The notes: generated from the letters alone by a model not told the origin. DNA of 64,000 bases from Minisyncoccota bacterium (GCA_041675085.1 JBAYUN010000002.1:15967-79966); one strand, 5' to 3'; shown: positions 1 through 9,746, numbered from the stretch's first letter. A program made the numbers and translations.

Positions 1-510
1 TGATATTTTGAACTACCAACTTTCTTTACAGGGCCTTTCTTTTTACCTTGAGAATATTCTTGTACGTATCTACCTCCGTCTTTGTGAACTTCTGCTTTAC
101 AGAAAATAGACAATGCATTCACGACAGAAGCACCTACTCCGTGAAGACCACCTGAGACTTTATATCCAGAACCTTCACCTCCAAATTTACCTCCAGCATG
201 CAAAGTAGTCATAACAGTTTCAAGAGCTGAAACTTTGGTTTTACTATGAACGTCAACTGGAATTCCACGACCATTATCAGCTACACGGATAGTATTGCCT
301 GGCAAGACTGTTATCTCGATATCGTTACAGTAACCTCCCATGGCTTCGTCACGAGAGTTGTCGAAGATTTCCCATACTAAGTGATGTAGGCCGTCTGGAC
401 CTGTTGTACCGATATACATTCCCGGACGCTTACGGACTGGCTCCAAGCCTTCTAGGACGGATATCTGGTCCGCTCCATAACTTCCCTTTTTAGTTTCTTT
501 TTCCTTTGCC
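1..510 (-). CDS. gyrB: DNA gyrase subunit B, N-terminal part (C-terminus lies beyond the window start)
   Basis: Minus-strand translation starting at the ATG at 508-510 gives [38 protein letters not shown]...[31 protein letters not shown], the canonical GyrB ATPase N-terminus. The ORF is open to position 1. Confidence 0.85.
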
Positions 511-534
511 ATATTGGTATATTATAGCAAAAAT

Positions 535-2364
535 TTATCTAACCTGCCAATCTGGATTTTCCTTTATTTTATTAGTTATATTATCCATTATACTATTTAC
601 TTCTAGGTCTGTTAGGGTCTTTTCATAAGACTGGAAAACCATACGAAAACCATACGAAGTCTTCCCTTCTTTCGTAAATGAATCGAACATAATAGGACCT
701 TTGACGCAAAGCTCTGTAATATTCTCTTTTAGCAAATTCTCTAAGTTTTGACCACCTTCAGTCTCAGGTACCCAGACAGCAATATCGCGAGTAATGAATG
801 GAAAGAGTGACCACATTGCAAAAGAAGAAGGAATATGCTTTTTCTGAATGTCTGGTTGAGGCGAAGACGACCCGAGGACGTCAAGAAAAGTATTTTCTTC
901 TTCTTTTACTCTTTCTTTAATAAAATCACTTAAGGACATCTCTGTAATATTTTTACGATCTCCAAAAGCTACATGCAAAACTTCAACATTATCTTTAAAA
1001 ACTTTTCCGATTTCAAAAACCTTCACTTCTTTAATATTTAAAAGTGGTAGATTGTTTTGATTTAATTTTATACTTTCTTTTAATCCATCAGACAGATTTG
1101 TTCTTAAGAATTTTTTATCTGATGCACTAGCTAGAACTTCTACTTCCCCATTTGAAGTAAAAGAATAAGTCATAACTTCTGAATATCCCAAGCTGAGCAA
1201 AGTAGAACGAGCTTGCAAAGAATTAAAATACACTTCATTCTTTTGAGGAACAAATGCTAACTTTGGAATTTTAGGATTCAATTTATCATAACCGAGAATT
1301 CTACCAACTTCTTCTGCCATATCTTCTTCGAGATTTAAATCCAGACGCATTGATGGAATATTAATTTCATAGATAGAATCTTTTACGGTAAATTCAAAGT
1401 GATATCTTTCCAGAATATTTTGCATCTCTATTTTGGCGACAGTAATACCTAATATATTTGAAATACGATCAAGGTCAAAAGATAATTTACTTTTTTCTGC
1501 TTGAATCTGATAAACATCTACCACATCTTCAAAATTAGAAAAACTATATTCCATCAAAAGCCCTGAGAGTTCAGTCATAGCTAAATCCCCTAAAGATGGA
1601 GATAAATCATTCTCAAATCTTTTAGCCGAATCAGTAAAAATCCCGATTCTGCGTGCAGTCTTGCGGACAGCGATAGGATCAAAGTTGGCAATCTCAAGTA
1701 GAATATTCTTAGTATTATTATCAACCTCAGCCACCTTGCCACCCTTCACTCCCGCAATAGCTAAAATATTTTTCTCGTCAGCTATCACTACGTCTGTACT
1801 CTCTAATTTTACTTGCTTGTTGTCGAGGGTAGTCATCTCTTCTCCAGGGAGAGCATAACGTACCACAATAGTGCCAGTTATTTTATCCAAATCAAAGGCA
1901 TGAGCTGGTTGACCTAGATTGTACATAACGATATTGGTCGCATCTACGATATTGTTAATACTACGAGCACCTACTGACTCTAAATGCTTCACAACCCATT
2001 CTGGACTAGGGACGACTTGTACATCACGCACAATACGGCCCATATAACGACGAACGTTTGGCACGTTTATCTCTATTTTTAAATTTGTATTTTTAGGTTC
2101 AGGCTTCTTGTATTTATCTAAAGAATGTACGAAAGGGATAGATAATAATGAAGCGAGCTCTCTTGCTATACCGATATGAGAAAGTAAATCATGAGCCCGA
2201 TTCGGTAAAATATTTATATCAAAAATATAATCTTTATTCTCACCTTCTCCAATTTCTTCTACTCCCTCAACTTCACAAAGATGATAAGTAAAAATATCCT
2301 CCAGAGTTTTAGGACTCGGTGCTTCGGGAATATACCATTTTAACCAGTTATAAGATATTTTCAT
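535..2364 (-). CDS. pheT: phenylalanyl-tRNA synthetase beta subunit (short form, 609 aa)
   Basis: MKISYNWLKWYIPE start typical of PheT and a B3/4-like core. It lies immediately downstream of pheS in the same orientation. It carries an in-frame GC-rich insert (see findings). Confidence 0.8.
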   Translation of the reverse strand: MKISYNWLKWYIPEAPSPKTLEDIFTYHLCEVEGVEEIGEGENKDYIFDINILPNRAHDLLSHIGIARELASLLSIPFVHSLDKYKKPEPKNTNLKIEINVPNVRRYMGRIVRDVQVVPSPEWVVKHLESVGARSINNIVDATNIVMYNLGQPAHAFDLDKITGTIVVRYALPGEEMTTLDNKQVKLESTDVVIADEKNILAIAGVKGGKVAEVDNNTKNILLEIANFDPIAVRKTARRIGIFTDSAKRFENDLSPSLGDLAMTELSGLLMEYSFSNFEDVVDVYQIQAEKSKLSFDLDRISNILGITVAKIEMQNILERYHFEFTVKDSIYEINIPSMRLDLNLEEDMAEEVGRILGYDKLNPKIPKLAFVPQKNEVYFNSLQARSTLLSLGYSEVMTYSFTSNGEVEVLASASDKKFLRTNLSDGLKESIKLNQNNLPLLNIKEVKVFEIGKVFKDNVEVLHVAFGDRKNITEMSLSDFIKERVKEEENTFLDVLGSSSPQPDIQKKHIPSSFAMWSLFPFITRDIAVWVPETEGGQNLENLLKENITELCVKGPIMFDSFTKEGKTSYGFRMVFQSYEKTLTDLEVNSIMDNITNKIKENPDWQVR

Positions 2365-2368
2365 AAAT

Positions 2369-3082
2369 TTAAAATTGATTGAGTCTTAAGTCTCCTTGAT
2401 AAAATAATCTCACATCTGGCACATTCCATTTAATCATAGCGATACGGTCGAGTCCTCCACCAAAAGCAAAACCTTGAACCTTTTTTGGATCCAAGCCTAT
2501 ATTCTTTATAACGTTTGGATGAAGCATTCCCCCGCCCATCATCTCGAGCCAGCGTCCGCGGAATTTCGCATGCACTTCGATAGAAGGCTCAGTAAAAGGA
2601 AAAAAGCTCGGACGGAATTCTATCTCAATATCGTCCCCTAATATTTTTTTATAAAAATAAGTGAGCACACCTTTCAAATCAGACATAGAGATATTCTCTC
2701 CGATCATAGCTCCGTCTATTTGATAAAATTGCATTTCGTGAGTAGCGTCAGTCGCTTCATTTCTAAAAACTTTACCGATAGATATAAAAGCATTCGGCAT
2801 TCTACCTTCTTTACCTGCTTCTTCTAGGGCGCGAGCAGTGGTATTGGTATTGTGAGTACGGAGTACTTTTTGAACTTCATTTTTAATATAAAAAGTATCT
2901 TGCATATCACGAGCAGGATGATCTTTTGAGACATTTAACGCATCAAAGTTATACCACTCGGTTTCAAGCTCGGGACCATTGGCAACTTCAAAACCAAGAT
3001 CGATAAAGACCTTATAAGCATTATTTGCGAGCTTTGACAAAGGGTGTTCTGTACCTGTACTAGATAAATCTTTTTGTTCCAT
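2369..3082 (-). CDS. pheS: phenylalanyl-tRNA synthetase alpha subunit (catalytic core only, 237 aa)
   Basis: Class II aaRS motifs are present (…KDHPARDMQDTFYI…, FRPSFFPFTEPS, GFAFGGGLDRIAM). It is 4 bp upstream of pheT. Confidence 0.85.
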   Translation of the reverse strand: MEQKDLSSTGTEHPLSKLANNAYKVFIDLGFEVANGPELETEWYNFDALNVSKDHPARDMQDTFYIKNEVQKVLRTHNTNTTARALEEAGKEGRMPNAFISIGKVFRNEATDATHEMQFYQIDGAMIGENISMSDLKGVLTYFYKKILGDDIEIEFRPSFFPFTEPSIEVHAKFRGRWLEMMGGGMLHPNVIKNIGLDPKKVQGFAFGGGLDRIAMIKWNVPDVRLFYQGDLRLNQF

Positions 3083-3135
3083 AGGGATATTCTAGCAAAT
3101 CCTAAAGAGAGATGCGAGCGTAGAATTTTACTCTT

Positions 3136-4215
3136 TTATCTCTTGTAATTTTTCTTAAATTGCTTTTCGTGATTTTGTTTACTTACACCTACAAAGAATT
3201 GATTGACCTTTTTGGGAAATTTATCACAAATATTACAAATCTTACTACAATACCCAGAAAGTTTAGTTTGGCAATTTTGGCAACAAATAAATAAAACGTG
3301 GCAAGAAGTATTCTTGCAATGAGTGTAATCGTCGGATTTTACTTTTTCACATGCTTGGCAAAAAGAAATAATCTCGTCCCCTATCCTCTCTCCCATACGC
3401 TCGTCAAAGACGAAATTCTTACCTTTAAATTTATTTTGCAAACCACGCTCTTTGACTTGATGAGCATAATCGATAATCCCGCCCTTGATATGTTTAACAT
3501 TCTTGAAACCATTGTGCTTCATCCAAGCCGAAGCTTTCTCACAGCGTATACCTCCAGTACAATAAAGCAAAACTTCTTCATCTTTTTTATTTTTAAACAT
3601 GTCTGTCACTTTCTGTAATTGCTCACGAAAAGTATCTACATTCATCAATTTAGCATTTTCAAAATGCCCTATAGCGGCTTCGTAGATATTACGCATATCT
3701 ATTACAGTGACTCCACGATCTATCATACTATTTACATCCTCTGCTGTAGCGTATTCGCCAGTATTCGCAGGATCGAAAGTAGAGTCATCGAGACCGTCGG
3801 CTACTATCTTTGGGCGAACTTTAACTATAAGTTTCAAGAAACTAGACTTACCCGTTCTTGTCCCGTCGAAGTCTCCGACGGAGTGGGATTCTTCTACTGC
3901 AGTCTTATAAGGCACACCTTTGAACTCTGGAATATTTTGGATAAAGTTATCAAACATAGCCCAATTGTATTCAGGCACATTCATCTGAGCATTGATACCT
4001 TCATGAGCTACATAGATACGTCCGAGACATTTAAACTCTTGGAATTTATCAAAAAGCATATCCCTCATTTCACGCGGATTCTCTATTTTGACGTATTTAT
4101 AAAAAGAAAGTGTCTTGCGACGAAAATTCTCTTTTTCTATATCGCGCAATAATTCTTCTTTAGATTTGATGTTAACTTTTTTATGCATAATTTTATATTT
4201 AAAATATACTCTCAA
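3136..4215 (-). CDS. trhO: rhodanese-domain tRNA uridine(34) hydroxylase-like protein (UPF0176/TrhO family)
   Basis: Central rhodanese fold with a catalytic Cys (LLYCTGGIRCEKA) and a C-terminal Cys-rich tail, as in YceA/TrhO. The start may instead be the internal Met at about 4188. Confidence 0.6.
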   Translation of the reverse strand: MRVYFKYKIMHKKVNIKSKEELLRDIEKENFRRKTLSFYKYVKIENPREMRDMLFDKFQEFKCLGRIYVAHEGINAQMNVPEYNWAMFDNFIQNIPEFKGVPYKTAVEESHSVGDFDGTRTGKSSFLKLIVKVRPKIVADGLDDSTFDPANTGEYATAEDVNSMIDRGVTVIDMRNIYEAAIGHFENAKLMNVDTFREQLQKVTDMFKNKKDEEVLLYCTGGIRCEKASAWMKHNGFKNVKHIKGGIIDYAHQVKERGLQNKFKGKNFVFDERMGERIGDEIISFCQACEKVKSDDYTHCKNTSCHVLFICCQNCQTKLSGYCSKICNICDKFPKKVNQFFVGVSKQNHEKQFKKNYKR

Positions 4216-4254
4216 AGGAGCCTTTTTGCAAACTATATCCTCAAGTGATTTTAT

Positions 4255-4821
4255 CTAAATAAAAGTATCAGCGTTTTGACTATTCGGAGTGTCTTGTGTC
4301 AGATTGGTAAAATTTTCATTATTTATTTGAGGATTTAAAACTACACCTGTATTAGTCTCATCTATCTTACCTCGGAAATACTGAATACCTAAAAATAAAC
4401 TAAGATAAACACTTATTAAAAACATCGGCACCAACACAATTCCCCCAAGTAGCATGCCTATAAACATCCCCAAATAAACAGTGTCACCAAACAAAGTATT
4501 AAAGAAATCAATACCTTGATCTGGTTGTACTAAAATAAAAAAACTTGAAGTGACAGATATAGCAAGCAGGATTGATAATATCGAATATTCTCTAAAGTAC
4601 TTTACTCTCAATGACATTCCTGACATTAAAAGCAACAAAGAATTAAAACCATAATAGATAGCAAGGAAAGGAGACATTGAGCTATTATTACTACCGTATT
4701 CCCTACTTCCATCAACCCAAGCAGACATAAAAAAATAACAAGCGGTCAACCAGAAAGCACCGATACCAGACAAAATCAAAAACCAAGGCCAAACCCTACT
4801 TTTAAATAATGAAGTTCTCAT
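4255..4821 (-). CDS. hypothetical polytopic membrane protein
   Basis: 188-aa ORF with 5-6 predicted hydrophobic helices. No recognisable motifs. Confidence 0.45.
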   Translation of the reverse strand: MRTSLFKSRVWPWFLILSGIGAFWLTACYFFMSAWVDGSREYGSNNSSMSPFLAIYYGFNSLLLLMSGMSLRVKYFREYSILSILLAISVTSSFFILVQPDQGIDFFNTLFGDTVYLGMFIGMLLGGIVLVPMFLISVYLSLFLGIQYFRGKIDETNTGVVLNPQINNENFTNLTQDTPNSQNADTFI

Positions 4822-4861
4822 GTAATTTATTATAACACTGAAATAATATTTTATTCATTTG

Positions 4862-4901
4862 ACTCTTGAGGCCTTTGACTCTTGAGGCCTTGCCTAAAGA
4901 G
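4862..4901. repeat. REP-like palindrome, left flank of the transposase
   Basis: actcttgaggccttgcctaaagag at 4878-4901, preceded by a partial tandem copy actcttgaggcctt at 4862-4875. It is an imperfect hairpin and overlaps the transposase stop codon. Confidence 0.7.
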
Positions 4902-5556
4902 TTTTATCGTAATTAATCCAATCAAAAATTTCAGCATTGAAAGATTTCTTAGTTGGGAAATAATTTGGAAAATTTTCTAAATTTAATATCATTTTCTCAA
5001 TTCTATTTACTCCTGCAAAATCAATATAACTAGAATACAAATAATTGGAAAGATAATCTAATGATTGTTTTTTGTTTTTTACACCCTTCTCTTTCCAATC
5101 TTTTTGTATCAACTTAATAGGGTTTAAATGAATATAAGAAAATATATATTTTAAATACTTATCATTATTTATATATTGAGCTTTAAACTTACCTTCAAAT
5201 AGACCACCGGTTCTTTTATATTTAAGGTTAAAATACATAACATAAGCAGTAGAAAGTTTCTGCATAAATCGACTAACACCATTTTCCACAAGAGGTGTTA
5301 GTAGAATATGAAAATGATTTGGCATTAAACAATATGAGCCGATAGCAACTAACGGATTTTGACTTGATCTATTGTAAACAGAAACGCCTTTTAAAGAATC
5401 AGAAAAATTAAACTTATCTTCATTGTTTAAAGCATATAACAAATCTCTAAATCTTAAATAATCATTTTCATCTAAAAATATTTCTTGCTTACTATTTCCT
5501 CTGTTGTATAAATGATAAAATTCTCCTATTTCAAATTTTATCTTTCTAATTGACAT
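4894..5556 (-). CDS. REP-associated tyrosine transposase (COG1943/RayT-like, HuH Y1 transposase)
   Basis: HuH motif MPNHFHILL. The C-terminal YIHLNPIKL motif matches the COG1943 Y1 catalytic helix. It is flanked on both sides by imperfect palindromic REP-like hairpins. Confidence 0.75.
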   Translation of the reverse strand: MSIRKIKFEIGEFYHLYNRGNSKQEIFLDENDYLRFRDLLYALNNEDKFNFSDSLKGVSVYNRSSQNPLVAIGSYCLMPNHFHILLTPLVENGVSRFMQKLSTAYVMYFNLKYKRTGGLFEGKFKAQYINNDKYLKYIFSYIHLNPIKLIQKDWKEKGVKNKKQSLDYLSNYLYSSYIDFAGVNRIEKMILNLENFPNYFPTKKSFNAEIFDWINYDKTL

Positions 5557-5578
5557 AATGACATTATATACCTCACTT

Positions 5579-5602
5579 ACTCTTGAGGCAAGGCCTAAAG
5601 AG
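5579..5602. repeat. REP-like palindrome, right flank of the transposase
   Basis: actcttgaggcaaggcctaaagag. The stem is the same as the left copy, but the 5-nt centre is inverted (ccttg versus caagg). Confidence 0.7.
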
Positions 5603-5799
5603 TATCAAAAATTGACTAACGCGCAAAACAAGGCTACACTAAAACAAGTTATTCACTCTTTTAAAAGAAAAAGTTTAAGTAACTAAATTTTTAGTTTTCT
5701 TGTCTTTTCTTATAATTAAGGCAAAAAGTTCTTTGGTAAACTTGGCATCAAATACTTGATGCAGTTTAAATTATTTTTAGTTCTTTTATATACACACTT

Positions 5800-5985
5800 C
5801 AAATATGCAACGATGCTTGCGGAAGTGTAAAGCGATAACGAGCGTGGCAAGCTACGATAAGCTGTTGAGAGGTGTAAGCGACCTATGACCAATAGACACT
5901 CTAGCGTCTGGAGAACTGAAAGATCAAAGTACCCAGAAATAAAAGAACGGAGCAGTTTGTTGATAATAACAGACTGCTTTTTTTA
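5800..5985 (+). ncRNA. candidate small RNA/structured element next to the REP-transposase
   Basis: GC-enriched 150-nt island in a 425-nt non-coding gap. It ends in a canonical terminator, gcagtttgtt-gataat-aacagactgc plus T7. A possible TTGACT-17-TACACT promoter lies at 5612-5640. Confidence 0.25.
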
Positions 5986-8900
5986 TTTCAAAATTAGACT
6001 CTTTGAGAGTTTGCAATATTCACATTCTTCAGACTTCCCGCCCCAAGGTTTGAAATTGCATTTCATATTTACCCATGCTCCATTTTCGAGATTAGTCACA
6101 TAGTCAGATATATCTCTTTTCAATAAATCTATTTTCTCATTATCGATATATGTAGAGTAGAGAGCATTCTTGTCTCCATCTTCTGCTTCTAAAAACATAA
6201 GTCTTAAAGACTCTACTTTTTTGCCTCCTTCTGCTCCATCAATAAGATACGCATACATAGCCAACTGACGCATATAAGCAGACATTCTCCCCTCTTCGTC
6301 GACTTTCTCTATTTCATTTTTAGTTTTAGGTTTGCCGGTTTTAAAATCTGTCACAGAAATATTCCCCCTGATATCCCTCTCGGTTAAGTCGAGTTTCCCA
6401 TACATCAATAAATCCGCAAATTCTTTGTCTCGAAATTGCACAGACCTTTCTGAGACATAATCAGCCTCTAATATTTTATAATATTTTTCTATCCAGTTAT
6501 TGACCATATCATACGAGACTTTTTCTAGTCGAGCTAATTCGATACCATCTTGCACACCCTCTTTATTTAGCTCTCGAGTGATAGCAACTTTAATATCTTC
6601 TGTTTGTGGTAAAGCTTTATTTTTAAGGATGAATTCTATTGTCCCGTGCACAGCAGAACCTAAAGCAAGCGAAGTGCCTTTGACTTCAGGTAATTTCAAG
6701 AAATTCCTAAAATACCATTTCCAAGGACACTCATAAAAATTATTGAGCATCGAGACAGTAATCTTGATATCTTTATAATTTTCCTTTACGAAGGTTTGCA
6801 CCTCTTCTAGAATATCCCCTTCTACTTTTTCTATGGCAGTCGTAAATATTTTTGGTCCAAATATTTTATTATTTAAAATCTCACTTTCGGTCTCTTCTTT
6901 ATTTTTCTTTATGAAATGTAAATCTGGTAGATTTTGAATAATACTAGCGAGCTCTAAGCCAGATCCGTTATAATTCTCAGTCGCATAAGAAATATTACAA
7001 AACTCACGAGCTCGAGTAATAGCTACATATAGTTCTCTTTTAGCAGATTCGATATCACGCTCTTTTATATGTTCTTTTATTTTCTCAGGTAAGGAGAAAT
7101 TATTTCTTTTTTCACTCATCAAAACTTCTTCGTTCATATGTGCTATCCAAACATGTTTATATTCAAGTCCTTTGGATTTGTGCAGAGTCATAACTTCAAT
7201 ACCTTCATTCCCTCCAAAAGTAGCCAGCGAAAGGTTGTGACCATAGCTCTCTAATCTTTTAAAGTAATTCAAGAAATCAGCCAGACTTGGATTTATATTT
7301 TTTTGTTCAAACAATAAGCTAGCGTGAATAAAAGTTCTCACCACTTCCACGTTCTCCAATAATTCACTATGAGTACTAGAATTATCTATCAAAAGTTCAT
7401 TGCCTATCAAGCTCACCAACATTGAGATTTTTTCATTTCTAGAATCTACCCATTTTTTTAATTTTAAACCCCATTTTACAATATCACCATCCTCACTAAA
7501 AAGACCTTGATCTTTACCTGAAGATATTAATTCGTCGATGGTTATCTTGTCGGGTTTGGTATTTTTCAAAAACTTATGAGCGACTAGTGGTTCTATGTTT
7601 GAAGTAGAGTCCAATAAAGATTCAGAAATTAATACAGAATTATAAGGATCATTTATAAGATTTAGAATTCTCAAGAAACTATAAGATTGCTTTATGTTAA
7701 ATAAATACACACTCTTGCCAGTCGATACAGGCAAACCCATATTACTAAGGATAGAGATAGCATTCCTAACATGGAAATTCTTAGGCACTAAAATAGCACA
7801 ATCTTTTGGAGACACACCTTCTTCTATCTTTTGACTAAAATACATTCCCGCGCCTAGTATCTCATCTCGAGGAAAAGCGTATTGTGAAAGCTCTATCTGA
7901 TTGTCCCCTGTAGTATTACTATTTAATTTTTCTTTGGAAATAGAACTCGACAATAGATTGTCGGCCAAAGATAGTATCTTAGCGGTAGAACGATAATTCT
8001 CTACTAGAGTTATCAATTTAGCCTGACCAAAGTAGGTAGCAAATTCTTCAAAATATGAAAGCCTTGCACCAGAGAAGCCATATATTAATTGTCTATCATC
8101 TCCAACAACAAAAATATTTGGACTCTCTTCTCCACCCCAAACTCCTTGCAAAAAATTATTCTGAACACCGCTAGAGTCTTGATGCTCATCTACTAAAACA
8201 TAAAGATAATTCTCTTTTATTTCAGCTCTGACGTCTTCGTATCCTTCAACTAGAGTAACTACATATTCTAATACGTCGTCATAGTCCATGAGTGACATAG
8301 CTTTCTTCTTGTCTTCATACATCTCATAAAACAAAACGACTTCTTTGGTTTTTTCTAAACCTTCGATTTTCTTTTCAATTTCTTTTTTTAATTTACCCTT
8401 ACTTTCTCCACGAGTAGAAATACTATCAGGGTCCGACTCCAAGAATTTAATATCTTTCTCGACTTGAGACAAGAATTCTAAAGGCGTAAGTCTTTCTCTT
8501 TTTAAAATAGAAATAAGACTTTTTAGGTCATTAAAATACATACTTGGATTACCACGAGGACGTAGATAGCTCCACTGATTTTGCTCCAATATTTCATCAC
8601 ACAAAAATACAGCCTCATCTTCTTCGAGCAATTTCGGCATAGTATCAAAATCCAAAAGTGCATAATGCTTTTCTACTATCTCTATCGCAAAAGAGTGAAA
8701 AGTAGAGATACGCACGTCATTTGCTACCGGTCCGATGTATTCTAAAAGTCTATCTTTCATAGCTTTGACTCCCGAGCGAGTAAAAGTCAGACATAGTACA
8801 CCGTCGGCGCCAACTTGAGTTTGTTTTAAAATATTCCCAATACGAAGAGCCAATATTTGAGTCTTGCCCGTACCAGGGCCCGCTACTACCATGACTGGGC

Positions 8901-9003
8901 CTTCCAGAGAATCCACAGCATCCTTCTGAGCTTTATTTAATTTCTTATATTGAGTCTCGAACAATAAATTAGACATACTTGTATTATAACTCAAAGAGAC
9001 CAT
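5983..9003 (-). CDS. UvrD/PcrA-family SF1 helicase fused to a C-terminal PD-(D/E)xK Cas4/AddB-like Fe-S nuclease domain
   Basis: Helicase motifs: I AGPGTGKT, Ia LTFTRSGVKAM, II VLVDEHQD, VVGDDRQLIYGFSGA and VENYRST. C-terminal nuclease: D…DFKTGK…RQLAMYAYL (QxxxY) plus four Cys (ECPW … CNFKPWGGKSEECEYC). Confidence 0.75.
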   Translation of the reverse strand: MVSLSYNTSMSNLLFETQYKKLNKAQKDAVDSLEGPVMVVAGPGTGKTQILALRIGNILKQTQVGADGVLCLTFTRSGVKAMKDRLLEYIGPVANDVRISTFHSFAIEIVEKHYALLDFDTMPKLLEEDEAVFLCDEILEQNQWSYLRPRGNPSMYFNDLKSLISILKRERLTPLEFLSQVEKDIKFLESDPDSISTRGESKGKLKKEIEKKIEGLEKTKEVVLFYEMYEDKKKAMSLMDYDDVLEYVVTLVEGYEDVRAEIKENYLYVLVDEHQDSSGVQNNFLQGVWGGEESPNIFVVGDDRQLIYGFSGARLSYFEEFATYFGQAKLITLVENYRSTAKILSLADNLLSSSISKEKLNSNTTGDNQIELSQYAFPRDEILGAGMYFSQKIEEGVSPKDCAILVPKNFHVRNAISILSNMGLPVSTGKSVYLFNIKQSYSFLRILNLINDPYNSVLISESLLDSTSNIEPLVAHKFLKNTKPDKITIDELISSGKDQGLFSEDGDIVKWGLKLKKWVDSRNEKISMLVSLIGNELLIDNSSTHSELLENVEVVRTFIHASLLFEQKNINPSLADFLNYFKRLESYGHNLSLATFGGNEGIEVMTLHKSKGLEYKHVWIAHMNEEVLMSEKRNNFSLPEKIKEHIKERDIESAKRELYVAITRAREFCNISYATENYNGSGLELASIIQNLPDLHFIKKNKEETESEILNNKIFGPKIFTTAIEKVEGDILEEVQTFVKENYKDIKITVSMLNNFYECPWKWYFRNFLKLPEVKGTSLALGSAVHGTIEFILKNKALPQTEDIKVAITRELNKEGVQDGIELARLEKVSYDMVNNWIEKYYKILEADYVSERSVQFRDKEFADLLMYGKLDLTERDIRGNISVTDFKTGKPKTKNEIEKVDEEGRMSAYMRQLAMYAYLIDGAEGGKKVESLRLMFLEAEDGDKNALYSTYIDNEKIDLLKRDISDYVTNLENGAWVNMKCNFKPWGGKSEECEYCKLSKSLILK

Positions 9004-9746
9004 TTTCCAACCTTGGTTCTTTTAATAGAAAAAGCTAGACTTGGTATAGATATCATATCTCCTAAGTCGTTGGCTATCGTGCGGACATACGTACCACTCG
9101 TGACTTTAGTACTAAAACTTGCGACGAAAAAATGCTTTGGCATTTTTTCGTCGCAAAGCTTCTTCTGCCAGATTTTTAAAATTTCCTTTTGACGAAAATC
9201 TCCATTCACTTTATTAACCCTAGTCTCTATGTTTTCCAAAAGTGTTTTACTCGAGATTTTTCGTAAATTTAAATATTTTAAACTCTTGATCATTACTTCT
9301 CTCTCGGGAATCTCTACAACTTTATTCTCACGTGCGTAAGTAAATAGAGGTTTGCCTTCTACGGTTTTTGAAGAATATAGTGGGTATTTTTGGACTATTT
9401 TTCCTTTAAAATGTTTTAGATTTTTCTTAATCAATTTTTCTAAATCTTCTTTCTTATGCATAGGGTAACCCTCTGTAATAACCTTACCTAGAATATCATA
9501 AGTATCAGTCTTGAAACCAAATAAAACTTCAAAATCATATTCTTTATCGAGATTCAAATACTTCTGCTTATTCTTGCATTCTTCTCCAGCTAACAATAGT
9601 AATAACCCCGAAGCCAAAGGGTCAAGTCGCCCCGCATAAGTCATCGGCACATCTAGCGGTATTTTATTCTTAACGCGAAACACCTCTAGGGATTCTAGGG
9701 GTGTTTGACCTTCTTTTTTATTTACTAAATAAAACTTTTTTTGCAT
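8991..9746 (-). CDS. truB: tRNA pseudouridine(55) synthase
   Basis: GRLDPLASGLLLLL catalytic Asp motif and overall TruB-like sequence. Confidence 0.8.
   Translation of the reverse strand: MQKKFYLVNKKEGQTPLESLEVFRVKNKIPLDVPMTYAGRLDPLASGLLLLLAGEECKNKQKYLNLDKEYDFEVLFGFKTDTYDILGKVITEGYPMHKKEDLEKLIKKNLKHFKGKIVQKYPLYSSKTVEGKPLFTYARENKVVEIPEREVMIKSLKYLNLRKISSKTLLENIETRVNKVNGDFRQKEILKIWQKKLCDEKMPKHFFVASFSTKVTSGTYVRTIANDLGDMISIPSLAFSIKRTKVGKWSL

Noticed and set aside
1661-1858. 65-aa + strand ORF inside pheT
   Set aside because: Antisense to a well-supported pheT coding region, low complexity, and no start context. The same reasoning applies to the other short antisense ORFs in the track, such as 6500..6736, 10636..10965, 12064..12294, 14269..14523, 18681..18881, 20078..20287, 24033..24408 and 25460..25660.
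3298-4152. Three + strand ORFs (106, 177 and 67 aa) overlapping trhO
   Set aside because: They lie entirely within the minus-strand rhodanese/TrhO gene, which has clear motifs. The + frames are hydrophobic or low-complexity shadows typical of AT-rich DNA.
5885-6103. 72-aa + strand ORF in the transposase-helicase gap
   Set aside because: It covers the GC-rich candidate RNA and terminator and runs into the 3' end of the helicase gene. No ribosome-binding site is present. It is better explained as non-coding.
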